Numbered from the stretch's first letter, positions 11,901 through 25,030 are shown. The stretch is 64,000 nucleotides of DNA from Callorhinchus milii (GCF_018977255.1 NW_024704743.1:30938001-31002000); one strand, 5' to 3'. Notes: generated from the sequence alone by a model not told the origin. A program made the numbers and translations.

Positions 11901-13964
11901 TCTGCTATACTTGCTTAGTGTAGTAAATCTTTTGCCGTTACATTCACTGGTGGATTTCCCCCTAATAAGAGCACATCAGCAGATATATAACGTTTAGCAA
12001 AATAAACAGAATAAAAAAACCAAATGCATTGTGAGGAGGGGGAATTTGCAGGACCTCCAGACTCAACAGATTGTTGCTCAAATTAGGACACTTTGCTTTT
12101 TTTATTTGCATCTCTCCTCTTGAGTTACACTGAGCCAACACCATGCCTCAGCTGAAATGACTCTTCAAGTATCCAAGGCCTTCACTAATGTAACTCAGTC
12201 TAAGAGAATTGATTCGGGTATCTCCCCTTGCAGTCTGAGCAACATGAGTAGGAGCAGGTCATCTGCTGAGCCTCTCCCACCATTTTATTAAATCCTGGCA
12301 GATCTTTTAATCCCATTACCCACCTTTTCTCCCAATCCCTTAATACCCTGACCTCTGCTCATGGCACAGTTAGTACCAAGAACTAATTTTGTGGTGAAAC
12401 CCTACACTTACAAGTGAAAATAAGAACATAGGCATGGAAAACACCTTTTACGTGTACAAAGCTCCTGTTACGTCACCAGATAAAAAGATGTGGGGAAGGA
12501 TTGGAAGTCAAGTGCAGCGCACAGCATGGAATGTACATGGCTGGGAGCTGGGTACAGTGCTGAGAGAATAATGCAGGGAGCTGGGTATATAGGGAGACAG
12601 GTACAGTGCTCAGCGTATTAGACTGCCAGACAGGTACAGCACTCAATGGATCGATCAAGTTGGGAGTGGAGTTCCCGTGCGGACCACACGGCATATTTCC
12701 AGTCCCTATTTGCGTAATTGGAATTCCTCATTAAGCAATCCCCTGAAATACCCGCAAATTAGACCTTGATTGTTATTTGTTGGCTAAACAAGCCTGCAGG
12801 TTGCAGTTCACAGCAATAAAACTCTAATTTAGAAAGATGGAAAAAGTTAGCAAACCAGCAGCAGTTGCTGTGGCATAGAAGCACTGTGGCACTCAAGCTG
12901 GGCGTGTTGCAACTGCCTTGCATCAGCTCACTGTAATAGGCCCTGGACTTGCCTCCAACCTTCGCAATCACAATAAACAATAACTTTTATTTTTCGTAAA
13001 CTAAAATTCAAAAAGGAAAAGCTGAACTTGCAGCTTTCAGGCCTCAGCTCTCCCTCTCCCTTATTCCTGACCATGTTAACGATAAGTACTACACTAATCT
13101 ACACTTACTTTTCGGCTTCAGAATAAGTGCCACTAATTGCTTTTATTTAGCTCTTCACATGCTCTCTGTATTTGCAGGTCTGGATGACACAGAACAGAAT
13201 ATCATCAAGTGAGCTGCTAAAATTTTAACCTTCAGACCTGAAGTGGCTAAACTAATTATAAATCTCGTTGAAGGGCAATTTCCAGCAGAAAATGATTGCT
13301 ACCAGGACACCTGGATTTGCTCAATGTTTCACTGCAGTATTGGTTGAAATATGAATGTTATTCAGAGAGACTGCATCTTGCTGTATTTGTTAAAATCCTC
13401 ATTATTGACACTGAAGTGAGCGGGACAATCTGGTGTGTCTCTGTGGGAGCAGTCAATGCTGATCCTGTCTGCACTGCGAGAAGGAGATTGCCAGTGTGTG
13501 TATGTCTCTGCTTCCACTGCCTTGCGGCGAGACTTGAGATTCATCGTCTCGGCTGGCACTACAGTTCAGTGCTGGGGGAGAGATTCAATGTCAGAGGTGC
13601 TGTCTTTTGGATGAGATGTCAGCAGAAGGCAGAGACATACACACACCGGCACACTCGGTGGCTATGTCTAGGGTAGTGACCCATCTCTTCACTTTTGCAT
13701 CTGTGTGAACCCCAGGATAGTTAGAAGTGAGCATGGAATCTGGCACTGTCAGGCTCTAGTAGACAATGTGAACTGGCTTGCCAGTATGTACCCCACGTTC
13801 ATAAAATGTTACTCATATAATCATATACCATTCACACACGGCTACCATCCATAAATAACCTGATGTTTTGCTTTCAGCATTTTCTTGACTGAGGATCAGC
13901 TTGAAATCAAAATACAGGCTACAAACCGGAAGCCATGAGATGTTTTAATGCAGTTTAACGTCTC

Positions 13965-14685
13965 TGGAACCTTGGCGTCTTGTTTGACCCTCAACTATCC
14001 TTTCCACCCCACATCTGTGCCATGACCTGCTCTGCCTTCCCCCACCTCCGCAACATCGCCCGGCTCCGCCACTGGCTCACACCGCAGGCTGCCGAAACCA
14101 TCATACACGCATTCATCACATCCAGGCTCAACTATACAAATTCCCTGTTTGTCGGTCTCCCCAACTCCTCCCTCCATAGGCTGCAGATCATACAGAACTC
14201 TGCAGCCCGTGTCGTCTCATGCAACACCCTATTACCCCCATCCTCGCCTGACTCCACTGGCTTCCCATCACACAGAGGATACAGTTCAAGATTCTGGTCC
14301 TCATCTTCAAGCCCTCCATGACCTTGCTCCTCTCTACCTCTGCGACCTCCTAACCCCTACCAACCTGCCCGCTCCCTCCACTCAGCGAGCTCCGGCCTAC
14401 TTCACGTCTTCCGCCTCGCCCACCCCACCATTGTCGGGCGCGCCTTCTGCCACTCTGCCCCCACCCTCTGGAACTCCATCCCACAGTCCCTCCACCTCGC
14501 CCCCTCCTTGCCTCCTTCGAGACCCGTTGTCTCAAGACCCTCCTCTTCAACCGTGCCTTCGGCCACCCTCCTTCACCCCCGCCCTCCAACCTCCCCGCAC
14601 CCGCCCCCCCCAGCTTGGGTCCAAAACACTGGTTGTCCTCCCGACGTGAAACACGTTAATACAAATGTAATTTTGTCGTTATTGT
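13965..14685 (+). mobile_element. L2 LINE 3' fragment
   Basis: ORF 13980..14321 FDPQLSF.PHI...HAFITSRLNYTNSL; same 3' tail as 1-846. Confidence 0.9.
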
Positions 14686-15857
14686 CATCCAATGGACAGC
14701 ACCTCTGACACTGATGTGCTTCCCCCAACATTGCACTGTAGTGTCAACCGAGACAATGAGTCTCAATTCTCGATGTAATTCTAAAAACTGACAACCTTCT
14801 GATTCATTATTTGGATCAGTAGTGTCTGACAATTGTCAAAACCCATCAGTGTGCTTAAGGGTATGCAAACTAGTTCCATATATGTAACCCTTAAACACAG
14901 TGATCAGTTTTGGCAATTGAGATATTTCCCTGTTTTGTCTTTTTTCTCACACGAAAGTAAGTCTGAAAACTCTGATTAAACAGTATGCAAAGCAAATCCA
15001 GCCTACATGGCATTTGGATTCATAATTTCCCACAAAACATTTAGCAAAGTTAATTCGGTATTAATTCCTATAATTTCAGTCACAAGCCAGAAGTCACTGT
15101 TGTGCAGTGACTTCCAATTTAATAATGCTTTTATACCTTGATCCTCAACCCTGTGAGCCAAAGCTGAAACATGTACATTTTGAGATGGTGTAGAATTGGA
15201 GGAATTAAATTCAAACTTATTTATTTCAGAAGCTGGCTTTTCATGATTCTTAAAACTGTGAGGAGTTTGCCAGTGTGTGTATGTCCAAGTATGTATATGT
15301 CCAAGTGTGGTAATGTATATGACACAGTTGACAAACTGCATGTTCACTCGTCTTCTGTTTGAGACTATTTCAGTTTAAATAGTCCATTACGGATTGCAGA
15401 TAGATGCATATTTAAAATGCCACTGCGTACCTGCCATCTGTTAATAAAGTTTCCAAACGGATCCCAGAAAACAAAAACAAGAGCAAGAGAAGGGGAAAAA
15501 ACACTCCAGGACATTAAGCAATGCTAAACCAGCTTGTCAGAGCAATGGGGAGCAGGATGTCTGAGAACGCACAGAGGAAAGTGTAATGAAAACAAACATG
15601 TCCATATTTCTAGTGTAGCTGTACAAATGGAACAGTTTTCATATGTGGAAAAGTTGGTTATTTGATTCTTGAAAGGCTAACTGTTTTTCGGCTTTCAGGT
15701 CGGAAGGATTTCTCAAAGGGCTTCAATACAATGGACAAGCGAGGAGGACCAAATGTCTATTCCTGCCTGAAACAATTTATTACATTAGAGGAAAAAAGTA
15801 TTGGGAGCCTGTATTGTAATTTTATCTAATTCCCAAAAGATTCCTTCAATTATCTAA

Positions 15858-16010
15858 AATAAAAACAGAAGTTGCTGGGAACATTGGAATCGACCTGAAA
15901 CTTTAACTCACTTTCCTCTCTCCATAGATGCTGCCTGACCTGCTGAGTGTTCCCAGCGACTTCTGTTTTTAATTCAGATTTCCAGCATCTGCAGTAGCTT
16001 GTCTTTTATC
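15858..16010 (+). mobile_element. Penelope-like pLTR remnant with a short inverted 5' piece
   Basis: ctccatagatgctgcctgacctgctgagtgt is shared with the Penelope end at about 52940-52980; aaaaacagaagttgctgggaaca (15861-15883) is inverted at 15948-15970. Confidence 0.75.
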
Positions 16011-16099
16011 TTATTATCTATTTTAAATCCTTTAAATTTCCAGAAACTTGTCTATTTCAAAAACTTTTATAATACCTTGATCCATCACCTATGCTAGTT

Positions 16100-16615
16100 G
16101 AATCATAGAATCTTACAGCACAGAAGAAAGCAATTTGGCCCATCGTGCCAGCTCTTGGAAATATCTATCCAACTTGTCCCACTACCCCACTCTTATCCCA
16201 TAGCTCTGCAAATGTTTCCTTTTCAAGTACCTATCCAATTCCCTTTTGAAAACTACTATTGAATCTGTTTCCATCCCCTTTCAGGCAGTGCATTCTAGAT
16301 CGTAACAATTCTCTGGGTAAACCAATGTCTCCTCGTCTCCACTCTGGTTCTTTTGCTAAATATCTTAAATCTCTGGTTATCAACGGCCAGAGGAAACAGT
16401 TTTTCTGTATTATGCATAGAATCATAAAATATAGCACAGAAGGAGGCCATTCAGCCCATTGGGCCTGTGCTGGCTCTTTGGAAGAGCTACCCAATTAATC
16501 CCACTCGCCCCACTCTTTCCCCATACCCCTGAAATTTTCCCTTTTCAAGTACCTATCTAAGTCCCTTTTGAAAGTTGTTATTGAATCTGTTTCAACCACC
16601 ATTTCAGGCAATACA
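16100..16615 (-). mobile_element. Two tandem CR1 3'-end fragments
   Basis: Two units starting catagaatc... and sharing ttcaagtacctatc...cccttttgaaa...ttgaatctgttt. Confidence 0.75.
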
Positions 16616-16804
16616 TTATTATTCTACATGCCCACCACATTTTTACTAAAAAAAATCTCCCTCACTTGCTCACTTTTTTTGTCTTTATTTTGAAGCTAGA
16701 TGAGGTTCAAAAAACTTATTGTTACATTAATTTTGAGGTAGCCATTTCTCTTCTGAACCAGAACAAAAAAACACATTTCACAGACGCAAGAACAACTCAA
16801 AAGG

Positions 16805-17065
16805 CTTGCAAAAGCTTCTGTGAGTGACTGTATTTTTGTAGTTGAAGGCAGCAGACAATTGCACACAGCAATTTCCTACAAACAGTCATGAACTGAATAA
16901 CCAGTTTTATTTGGAGGATTGACGGCTAGGACACCGGGATAAACTCCCTTCTGTTCCTAAATAATGCCATGGGATCTTTAACGTCCACTTGAAAAAGCAG
17001 GGCCTTGGTTAACGTCTCATCTGTAGGATGACTCCACCCAACAATGTACTGGAGTTCCAGTCTGG
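16805..17065 (-). mobile_element. Deu-domain SINE
   Basis: tgccatgggatctttaacgtccac is the reverse complement of the Deu core; ttaacgtctcatct also present. Confidence 0.8.
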
Positions 17066-18794
17066 AGCATACCTTAACATTTGTGGCATTTATATAGCCA
17101 GATTTTGTTTTAGTATTTTCTCTCTCTTCACCTTTTTAAAAAAAAGTCAAACCCTGCTTAGTAGGGCATTCATATATAGAGAGCGAAGCAGAACAAAGTC
17201 TCTTTCCAATGAAAAGAGATTAAGGTTAAAACAATACAACTATGGTGAGCCACAAGTGAAAACAGATGCTTGCTTATTAATGACATCTGGGATGCTATGC
17301 CGTACTCAAGACAGATCTCGGCAATGAACGTGTCATGTTGATAGGATCACACTCGGTAAGAAATAGATTTAAAACGCCTGCTGTGTCAGCCTGGAATAGT
17401 GAGCCTGTCTAGTTTCCTGTTCTACAGAACGTTGTACTCAAACACAGTGCATTCATGAGGTGGTGATTTTGTGTATATGTGTTTGCGCGAGTGTGTGTGT
17501 GTGTGGGGGGGGGGAGGTGATTGCATGTTACAGTAAGTGCAACTGGACATATAGGCAAGAGTCAATGTTCATGCATGAAATGTTGTAATTTCTTGGTTCA
17601 GTGAAGGTTCATCAAGGACAATCTAATCGGATGTGCTAACAGGAGTCGCCCCTCCCCTAACTCTGTTTCACAGATAACTTATTTTTAAATCCAAATATTT
17701 TTGTTAATGTGAACAGGCCAACCATGATACCCCCACTGACTCAAGAGATGCTGCACAACAAAAACACTGCAAGTAGCAGATCCACACCATCAAATAGATG
17801 AAACACAACAACAACATGGATTAGAAAAGAACATCATCTGTACCATTCTCTGAACTCTCTCTCTCTCTTTGGGTAGATTACATTTCTAGCACCATTCAAA
17901 CACCAGAACCTCACAGTGGTGTGATTACAGCCATCACTCCATCTAGTCCACAGGTCAATGACTCAACAGCATCACACAGTTCAATTGCACGAGGTCTACC
18001 CACTTGTTTCCTGGTAACAGGATAAATGCCTCCTAACATTTAAAGGCTTCAAAGGTTACACACATCAGGGTGCCATTTAATGCAAAACCTGATCCATCCA
18101 TTTTTTTCTTTTCACGTCATAGGTAAGTATTAAGGGCTCGTTTAATTTCCTCACAAGGCAACATATAGCAGTAAATTATAAAAAGAAGAACGTGTATTGG
18201 ACGACTTAAAAAAAATGCAATAATCTTATGTCGGATCATTGGATCAACTAGCTTAAAGTCAAACTGAATGTGTTTTCATTTGTGATCAAAGCAACCAAGT
18301 CCACATGCTTAATGTGTAACATCATCTTGTAATATTGAGAAGCTCTCAGTTTAGATTTTGCTTCCTATGGAGGTTTCTTTGAATGATGGATGTAAATCCA
18401 ATTACCTACAAATTCCAGTTAAAGTAGAAGGAAGTATATCTGCAGAGAAGTCATCCCTGAGTTTCTTTCCATCAGTTTCTCCTGTCCCTCCCTCTGAGAC
18501 CCCATTGCCAAAAACATTAAGACCATTATCTTAAAATTTAAGATTGAGAATTTGGGAAAATTGTTAAACTTAATATTAATTTGAACACAGGATTTCTTGG
18601 ACAAAACAGTTTCCAATCAAATTAAGATCAATTTAAGAATTTTCCAAAGTTCCTTGCAAAACTAATATGTTAAGGCACACACCATGAACAATTCTTGGCT
18701 TTGAATCCTCATTTGGAACACTGGCCATCTTTACATACCAATGCAGACTAGAATTTAATAGCTGTTGTGTGCAACAGGAAACATCTTTATTCAT

Positions 18795-19480
18795 GTAATA
18801 ATAATGACCCTTGGATTTGCTATAGCGCTTTATCATATCTTCGAGACATCTCAAAGCTTCACAGAATATACTGTAAAATAATAATAATAATCCTTGAATT
18901 TGATATAGCGCTTTTCACGTCAGGAGGACGTCCCAAAGCGCCTCACAGAATACACTGTAAAGTGAATTGACTGTATATTTGTGGGCGAACGCGGCAGCCA
19001 ATTGTGCACAGCAATGTCCCACAAACAGTCGTAGATTGAAAATGACCAATTTATTATTGTTTTTGGTTTTTGGAGGGATTATTATTAGGCTCTGTGTGGA
19101 GTAAGGAAACTTGCCCAAGGTTTCGCCCTGACCTGCCTGGAATTGAACTCAGGTCTCTCACTTGCAAAGTGAGTGTTCTATCCACTGAGGTACAGGACTC
19201 CACTGAGCTACAGGACTACAGGACTTCAAAATTAACTGACTGTGTATTTTGTGGGCGAAACGCGATTGCGCACAGCAGTGTCCCACAAACAGTTGTGGAT
19301 TGAGTGACCAAATTACTATTATTATTTTTATATGAAGAGATTATTTCCCCTGGAAAAGTGATCTGACAATCAACACACAACCGGGTTCCTGCTCACTGCT
19401 AGGTAAACAGAGGCGTATGAAGTAAGGAAACTTGCCTAACATTTCGTCCTGTCCGGAAATCAAACCCAGGTCCCCCCACT
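18795..19480 (-). mobile_element. Cluster of family A SINEs (tail stub, full short-form copy at about 18878-19225, long-form remnant at about 19232-19480)
   Basis: Repeated reverse-complement family A tail, body and head motifs. Confidence 0.9.
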
Positions 19481-20025
19481 TAAAGTGGAAATATCTACAG
19501 TCGGAAGCCATTTCCCAAACTCCTTTTCATGAAAAAAATTGTCTCTAAATCACACTGGGTTTGATTGATTGATAGAGCATCTCGCCGGCATTGAATCTCA
19601 GGACAATAATCCCTATATATTTAAACCACAGAAATCCACTCACTGGCTTGTACCTCATTTGTTGTTAGAAGGCATGAATTACAGGCTTTCCTCCAACTGG
19701 GTTCAATAAAGTATTCAGTTTTAGCCCCTACGACTCTAATTTTTAAAACATAATAAATGAATTGATGTCCCCAGTGCAACTGCAGTGTAGCTCTGGAGAT
19801 CTCACATAACCACTGAGAAAACACAGAGTAGCATCCTCAGTTTTGGAAAATGTAACTAAACCTTTTAAACGTTACTGAGTTTTAAATGCACCGAACCATA
19901 GCTTGAAAAGACATAACAGAAAATAACAATCCTTTCATCGGTAATTTGATAAAATTCTTGATAACCACAGCAGGTCGATTAGCCTCTGAAAGTGAAACGT
20001 CTTCAGGGTGATCCTTCAAAAGAAC

Positions 20026-20192
20026 TCTGTAGCTCAGTGGTTAGGACACTCGCCTCGCAAGCAAGAGGATCCGAGTTTGATTTCCAGGCAGGACGAATCG
20101 TTGGGCAAGTTTCCTTGCTCCACACGCCTCTGTTTACGTAGCAGTAAGTGGAAACCCGGTTGTTAAGTCGATTGGCAGATCGCTTTTCCGGG
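20026..20192 (+). mobile_element. Family A SINE, long form, 5' half
   Basis: ctgtagctcagtggttagg...ttgggcaagtttcctt...gcctctgtttac...gatcgcttttccggg. Confidence 0.85.
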
Positions 20193-20204
20193 ATGTCCTA
20201 AAGC

Positions 20205-20570
20205 ACTTTAACAACTTGCATTTGCATTTATACGGCGCCCTTTCATGCGGGCAGCATCTCGGAGAGTTTAATAGTAGTAGAGCCTGATACCGAGCTTGAA
20301 GGAGGTAACAGGACGTAAGCACAGTCGAAGAGGAAAGCCTTCAGTTGTGATCGAAAAGAGGGGAAGGAGAGGGCAAGGTGGAGTTATTGTGGGAGAGTTC
20401 CAAAGCTTCAAGGTGTAGTGGCTGAAAGCACGACCGCCAATGGTGGAGCGCAGGGGATGAGTGACAAGCAGGAGGCCAGAGCCAGCCAAGCGGAGGTAGT
20501 GAAGTTGGGAGAAAGCAGGTAGAAAGGCAGGGAGGTGCCAGGACTTGTAGACGAATAAGAGGATCTTGAA
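20205..20570 (-). mobile_element. L2 LINE 3' fragment (second subfamily)
   Basis: Minus-strand frame ...GSGLLLV...STIGGRAFSHY..KLWNS; tail aaatgcaagttgtt. Confidence 0.8.
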
Positions 20571-21541
20571 ATCGATCTGTTCTGTGATAGGATATACTGT
20601 AAATCATAAAAAGTATACTTCACAGGATATACTGTAATGTTCCGTGTGTATTCTGGGTGAACGCCCATATCATAGCTTTTTCAGATCTCTACCCACCCCT
20701 TTTTAGTCAGAAAGATCTGGACCAGATACATTTCCAGTGTCACCATCAATCCTTACTTTTTGGGTCCAGAATTATCTATTTTTATTTCAGATTTCCAGCA
20801 GATGTTTCCAGATTTCATTTATATACATTAACCAACACAGTGAGTTAAGACTTTATTGTACAAAATAATATATAATAATAGTCTTTAGTTTATTAAAGAA
20901 GCATGCCTTATAGCATAATTTACCTGGGCTGAATTACATGAACAATTAAAGGGGGCACTTTCCCCTCTTTTAATCTATTGTTTTTCCAGGGCAGCAACTT
21001 GAAACATTTGTGTCTGCAGATCAGATCAAATGATGCTCAGAAATCAGATACGTATTTTAATTTCACACTCCAGCAATTTTATGGCTTTAGCTGTGTTTGT
21101 GTGTGTGTGTGTGTAACAGAGAGACCAGAACCACACTCATCCAGCATGGATATGGAGGATATTGTAAGGAACTAGGAAAGTATTAGTATAAAAATTACCA
21201 GATTTCTAAATACATTCCTTTCTAAATACAATACATTCTAAATACAGGTTAGGACTGGACATTTCCTGATTTCAGGAGAATGGGTTCTCCCTCCAGGTCC
21301 TTTTAGAATTGAGTTGCCACTATTTGTACTTTTCAATTTAGTGAGGGACCAGTCATTATTCATTGCAGCTAAAGTATTTTTGACATTAAATTTTTGCTTT
21401 CAAAATAGTTTTCAGGCCAGCCAGCAAAGAGGCATGAATTCTGCACTCGCAACTCGTCTGATCTCACGAGCAACCCGGAAAGGTCTTTAAATAAAAGAGC
21501 GGAGTAAAAAAAATCGAGTAAAGAAAGCTGGGCACACTTAC

Positions 21542-21706
21542 CTCTGACATACCCGAAACTATTCCCTTTGCTAATGGCTTGGCAATCGAGGGGGTGTAGA
21601 CTTTCGAATTCTGTGCTGGCTGTCCCTTCAAGAAATGTTTTCCTGCTTCATAAATATTCACCTCTATCATTTTCCCCAGAAATTCCGGCTGCTTGGGTAC
21701 CAGGAC
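21542..21706 (-). CDS. CDKAL1: CDKAL1 penultimate coding exon (165 nt, phase 0/0): [55 protein letters not shown]
   Basis: Lies within ORF 21464..21730; acceptor ttttcttccacccttcaAG| and donor GAG|GTAAGT; in frame with the 84-nt exon; CDKAL1 TRAM-domain motifs VLVPK..GK..EV.IYE.GKHF.KG and VYTPSI.KPLAKG. Confidence 0.96.
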
Positions 21707-24009
21707 CTTGAAGGGTGGAAGAAAACACATTCCTCACTGTTTCTACTGAAAATACAGTGAGCAGGATTTAGGCTTGTGTGGTGAAATCATCACTGTGGAA
21801 ACCTGAACGTTTTAGCGTCTAATCGATAGTATTTCAATGCAAATAGAGCAGGGAGGCAGCTAATATACCAAACTGACTCCTCATCCTGGATTATTCCCTT
21901 CATTTCATTTCCAAAGGGAGAGAATGAAATCAAACAGCTTTGCCCACCTATCTCAGCGACAGTGCCTACAGTCACCTCCCCATTCTCCCTTGCTTGCATC
22001 CTGCCGCTGTGAACGCTTCAAAACACTGTACTACGTGAAATATGCTATCTAGTCAAGCTGCTGATTGCTATTCAGGGCCTTTTGCTGGACAACGGTCTGT
22101 AATATTGTGCCAATTCCCCCCCCGCCCCCATTTCTAAATCACCTAACAGCTATTTGCTAGTCAACACTGATGTGCAACTCACTGAAAGCTCGTCTGGATT
22201 AATGTGATTTGGAGAGACTTTTAAAACAAATTATACTACCCATCCCCAAACATCTTCAATTGTACATATGTAGAGTTAGTGACCTTAAGCTTTCGTATTT
22301 TAATACAGCAATGTTTAAATATTAATATATAACCTCTACCATTCACCCCGCCCTTCTGTACGCACCCCTCTCCTGTCCTGAATCCAGTTATATTTATTTG
22401 GAATTGTGAATAATTGGAACCAGCTTCTTCCTGTAAATGTTTTTTTTCCGGGAGCCAACAATTCTGATGACATCTGGCCTTTAACAAGGTTCTTGACCAT
22501 TATTTGATTAGAAACAGCACCGTCCAGAGTACGACGTCAATAAAACCAGTGGAGGTGCTCCCACTGACCATGGAATGAGGTCTCGGTGTGATTCACTGGC
22601 ATCAAAAGAGGGGGAATGAGGAGGAGGAAATAGGAGCGGCCACAGCTTGTGTATATATTAATATTTACACATCTTGCCACCGAAACAGGAAACTGACATA
22701 GGCGGCTCAAACTAGGAGTATTCAGTTTTAACTTTTTAAAGGCACGCTGCCTTCATGGAAAACTGCTTGGCAAATTCTTTTCGTGTTTGCAATCACAAAG
22801 ACGGTAAATCGGATTCAATTATGTAAATCGTAACAAAAGGCATCATCGTGATGCAAGCATGTGAACCCTACTGCAAAATGACACACAGCTATTGTCTCTC
22901 CAAAAGCACACCAAGCACAGATTTGTCAAACATCTTTGTGTGAGCACAGTACCCCTTTAAACTGCCACTTACCACTCTACAGTAACAACTAAAGCTCATC
23001 GTTACTTGCACTCTGACCTCTGCTCTGAGAACCAGTACCCTCAGGGACTGTCTGCAGATCACAGCGGTTGCTCAGATTTATATCTTATTAAGAAAATCCT
23101 CACGGCTGATTCACGTGGAAGAATGATTAAATAAATTGAGAGTAGTGCTTTAAGATAAGTCTGAATTTCACTTCCCTTTTTCTGGCACTGAGAAATATGG
23201 TTTGCCTATTTACCTCTTCAACCGTACCCACAATTTCCATCCCCCCACACCTCTCCCCACTCAGTGTCCAGCACCATCCAGTAAAGCACTTACCCTACGT
23301 AAAAGGTGCTATATAAATGCAAGTTGCTATTGTAAGGCCATTTACTAATGTGACCTAGTCCTTAACGGGAACTATAAATTACAATAAACTCCAAGTTAGA
23401 GTGATTACTGAGGCTTCAGCAGCCATCCTCATGCCACCTCTGCACAGCAGCCTATGGGGTTTGGCAGCTGAGACGTCTTACAAGCCTGTGGCAGTAAGTG
23501 AAGATTCCTACACGCCCGTGCTCTTCTTAGCCACAGTTTTTTAATGAAGATTTTAGATTCTATTTTATGATATACAGACAGATCAGAGGCGCTGAGGGTC
23601 TGGAATCCAACTGATGATTCTTTGAATTGACAGGCATCTTATTTTAAGAGGCAGCTGCAGTGTTATGGAAACAAAAAGCACTTATTGCAGAAAGGAACAG
23701 TTTGAAGAAATGGGGCTTGGACACCACCACCCATATTCAGTGAAATATAGGATGGAGAAACACAAAAATTACAAACCTGCTGTTATTAATCAAAGCACTT
23801 TGATGCTCAGAGGTATATTTTTTCAGCAGCTCTGTCTCTCTGTAAGTTTACTTACTGTTAAATCCAATGCGTAAATGTCGCAAGTATTTTACTGTAAAAA
23901 ACTCCCATAACTTCCAAATTATAAAATTTGTACTCCATACATTTCATACATCATAATATGCATGAAATGCATGCTTTGAACATTGAGACCTAAAAGTTGA
24001 CATGGTCTG

Positions 24010-24175
24010 AGCTTTAGGACCCTTGTCTTAAAATTTAAAATCATGTATAATTTTAGCAAATTCTTAAACTCAGCCTTTATTCGGAAGCTGGGTCTATTCA
24101 AAAACTGCAGAAGGCAGTTTCCAGTTTAACAATTTTTTTAAAAAATCTCAAATTTTAAGACAATGGCCTCAGATT
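24010..24175. mobile_element. MITE-like element with terminal inverted repeats
   Basis: ttgtcttaaaattt ... aaattttaagacaa; related sequence at about 18515-18680 and 30270-30470. Confidence 0.5.
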
Positions 24176-24446
24176 TTAGATTTTTTTTCTAAAAAGTGTT
24201 AGATAACACAGCAGAAGTGCAGTAGTTATAAACACTACAGCCTGGTTTTATTCCTGAAAGGCGCTGACACACTTTTTACTGTTTTATTTGGTTGCAATCA
24301 TTTTTATTGGATGTGCTGCCAATAATCCATGAAGTCTGAAGTACCCTGTGGTGTGACAGATGTGCTCCCTCAACATCAATCAAATAGCTTTAACCTACTA
24401 GACTATGATGGGACACGGTCTAAAGGGAGAATCTGACCGGACTTAC

Positions 24447-24530
24447 CTGCTCGTAGAATTTGTTGTGAGCAACATAGTAATTCCCGTCAAATGATTCCTC
24501 TGTAACCAGCACGTATTGATTTTCACCAAC
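24447..24530 (-). CDS. CDKAL1: CDKAL1 internal coding exon (84 nt, phase 0/0), start of TRAM domain: [28 protein letters not shown]
   Basis: Acceptor tttttctcAG| and donor CAG|GTAAGT on the minus strand; translation closely resembles the vertebrate CDKAL1 segment [28 protein letters not shown] (recalled). Confidence 0.96.
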
Positions 24531-24929
24531 CTGAGAAAAAAAGCAATGAAAGCAAATTTTACGAAGAACTAGAAAAGGATAAAACTCGAAGGAGAAATTC
24601 CATACAAAACAATAGCGTGAAGAAACACGGTATGTGAAGTGATAAGTATCACCAGTTTACTCAGTGAAACAGCACTCAAACACCTTGCTCTGCTGGCAGT
24701 AGTTAGCACACTTTGCTTTTTAATCCCAATATATTTACCGGAGTGGATTCAAAGCATGCTCTTGACTAATAAGCCAGTTACGCATATTGCACGGTTTGGG
24801 CTCATTCAATAATATTTTCACATAGAACGAATGCAAACTCTCATTTAATTTGCAAGTTTCACGCCAGATTGAGAGAAGCAATGTGAAACCCGCTGCACTA
24901 CAACACAATTTACATTTATACGACCCTTC

Positions 24930-25030
24930 GTCTGTTTTGACAAAGCGTCGTGGACCTGAAATGTTGACTCCTTTCTCCATAGATGCTGCCTGACCTGCTG
25001 AGTGTGCCCGGTGACTTCTGTGTTTTTATA
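24930..25030 (+). mobile_element. Penelope-like pLTR remnant with decayed hammerhead core
   Basis: ttgacaaagcgtcgtggacctgaaatgttgactc...ctccatagatgctgcctgacctgctgagtg, homologous to 52940-53017. Confidence 0.7.

Noticed and set aside
12530-12650. Short degenerate direct repeats (gggagctgggta x2, agacaggtacag x2); also a 21-bp duplication at about 6460-6500
   Set aside because: Ordinary slippage duplications; no regular spacer structure, so not CRISPR-like
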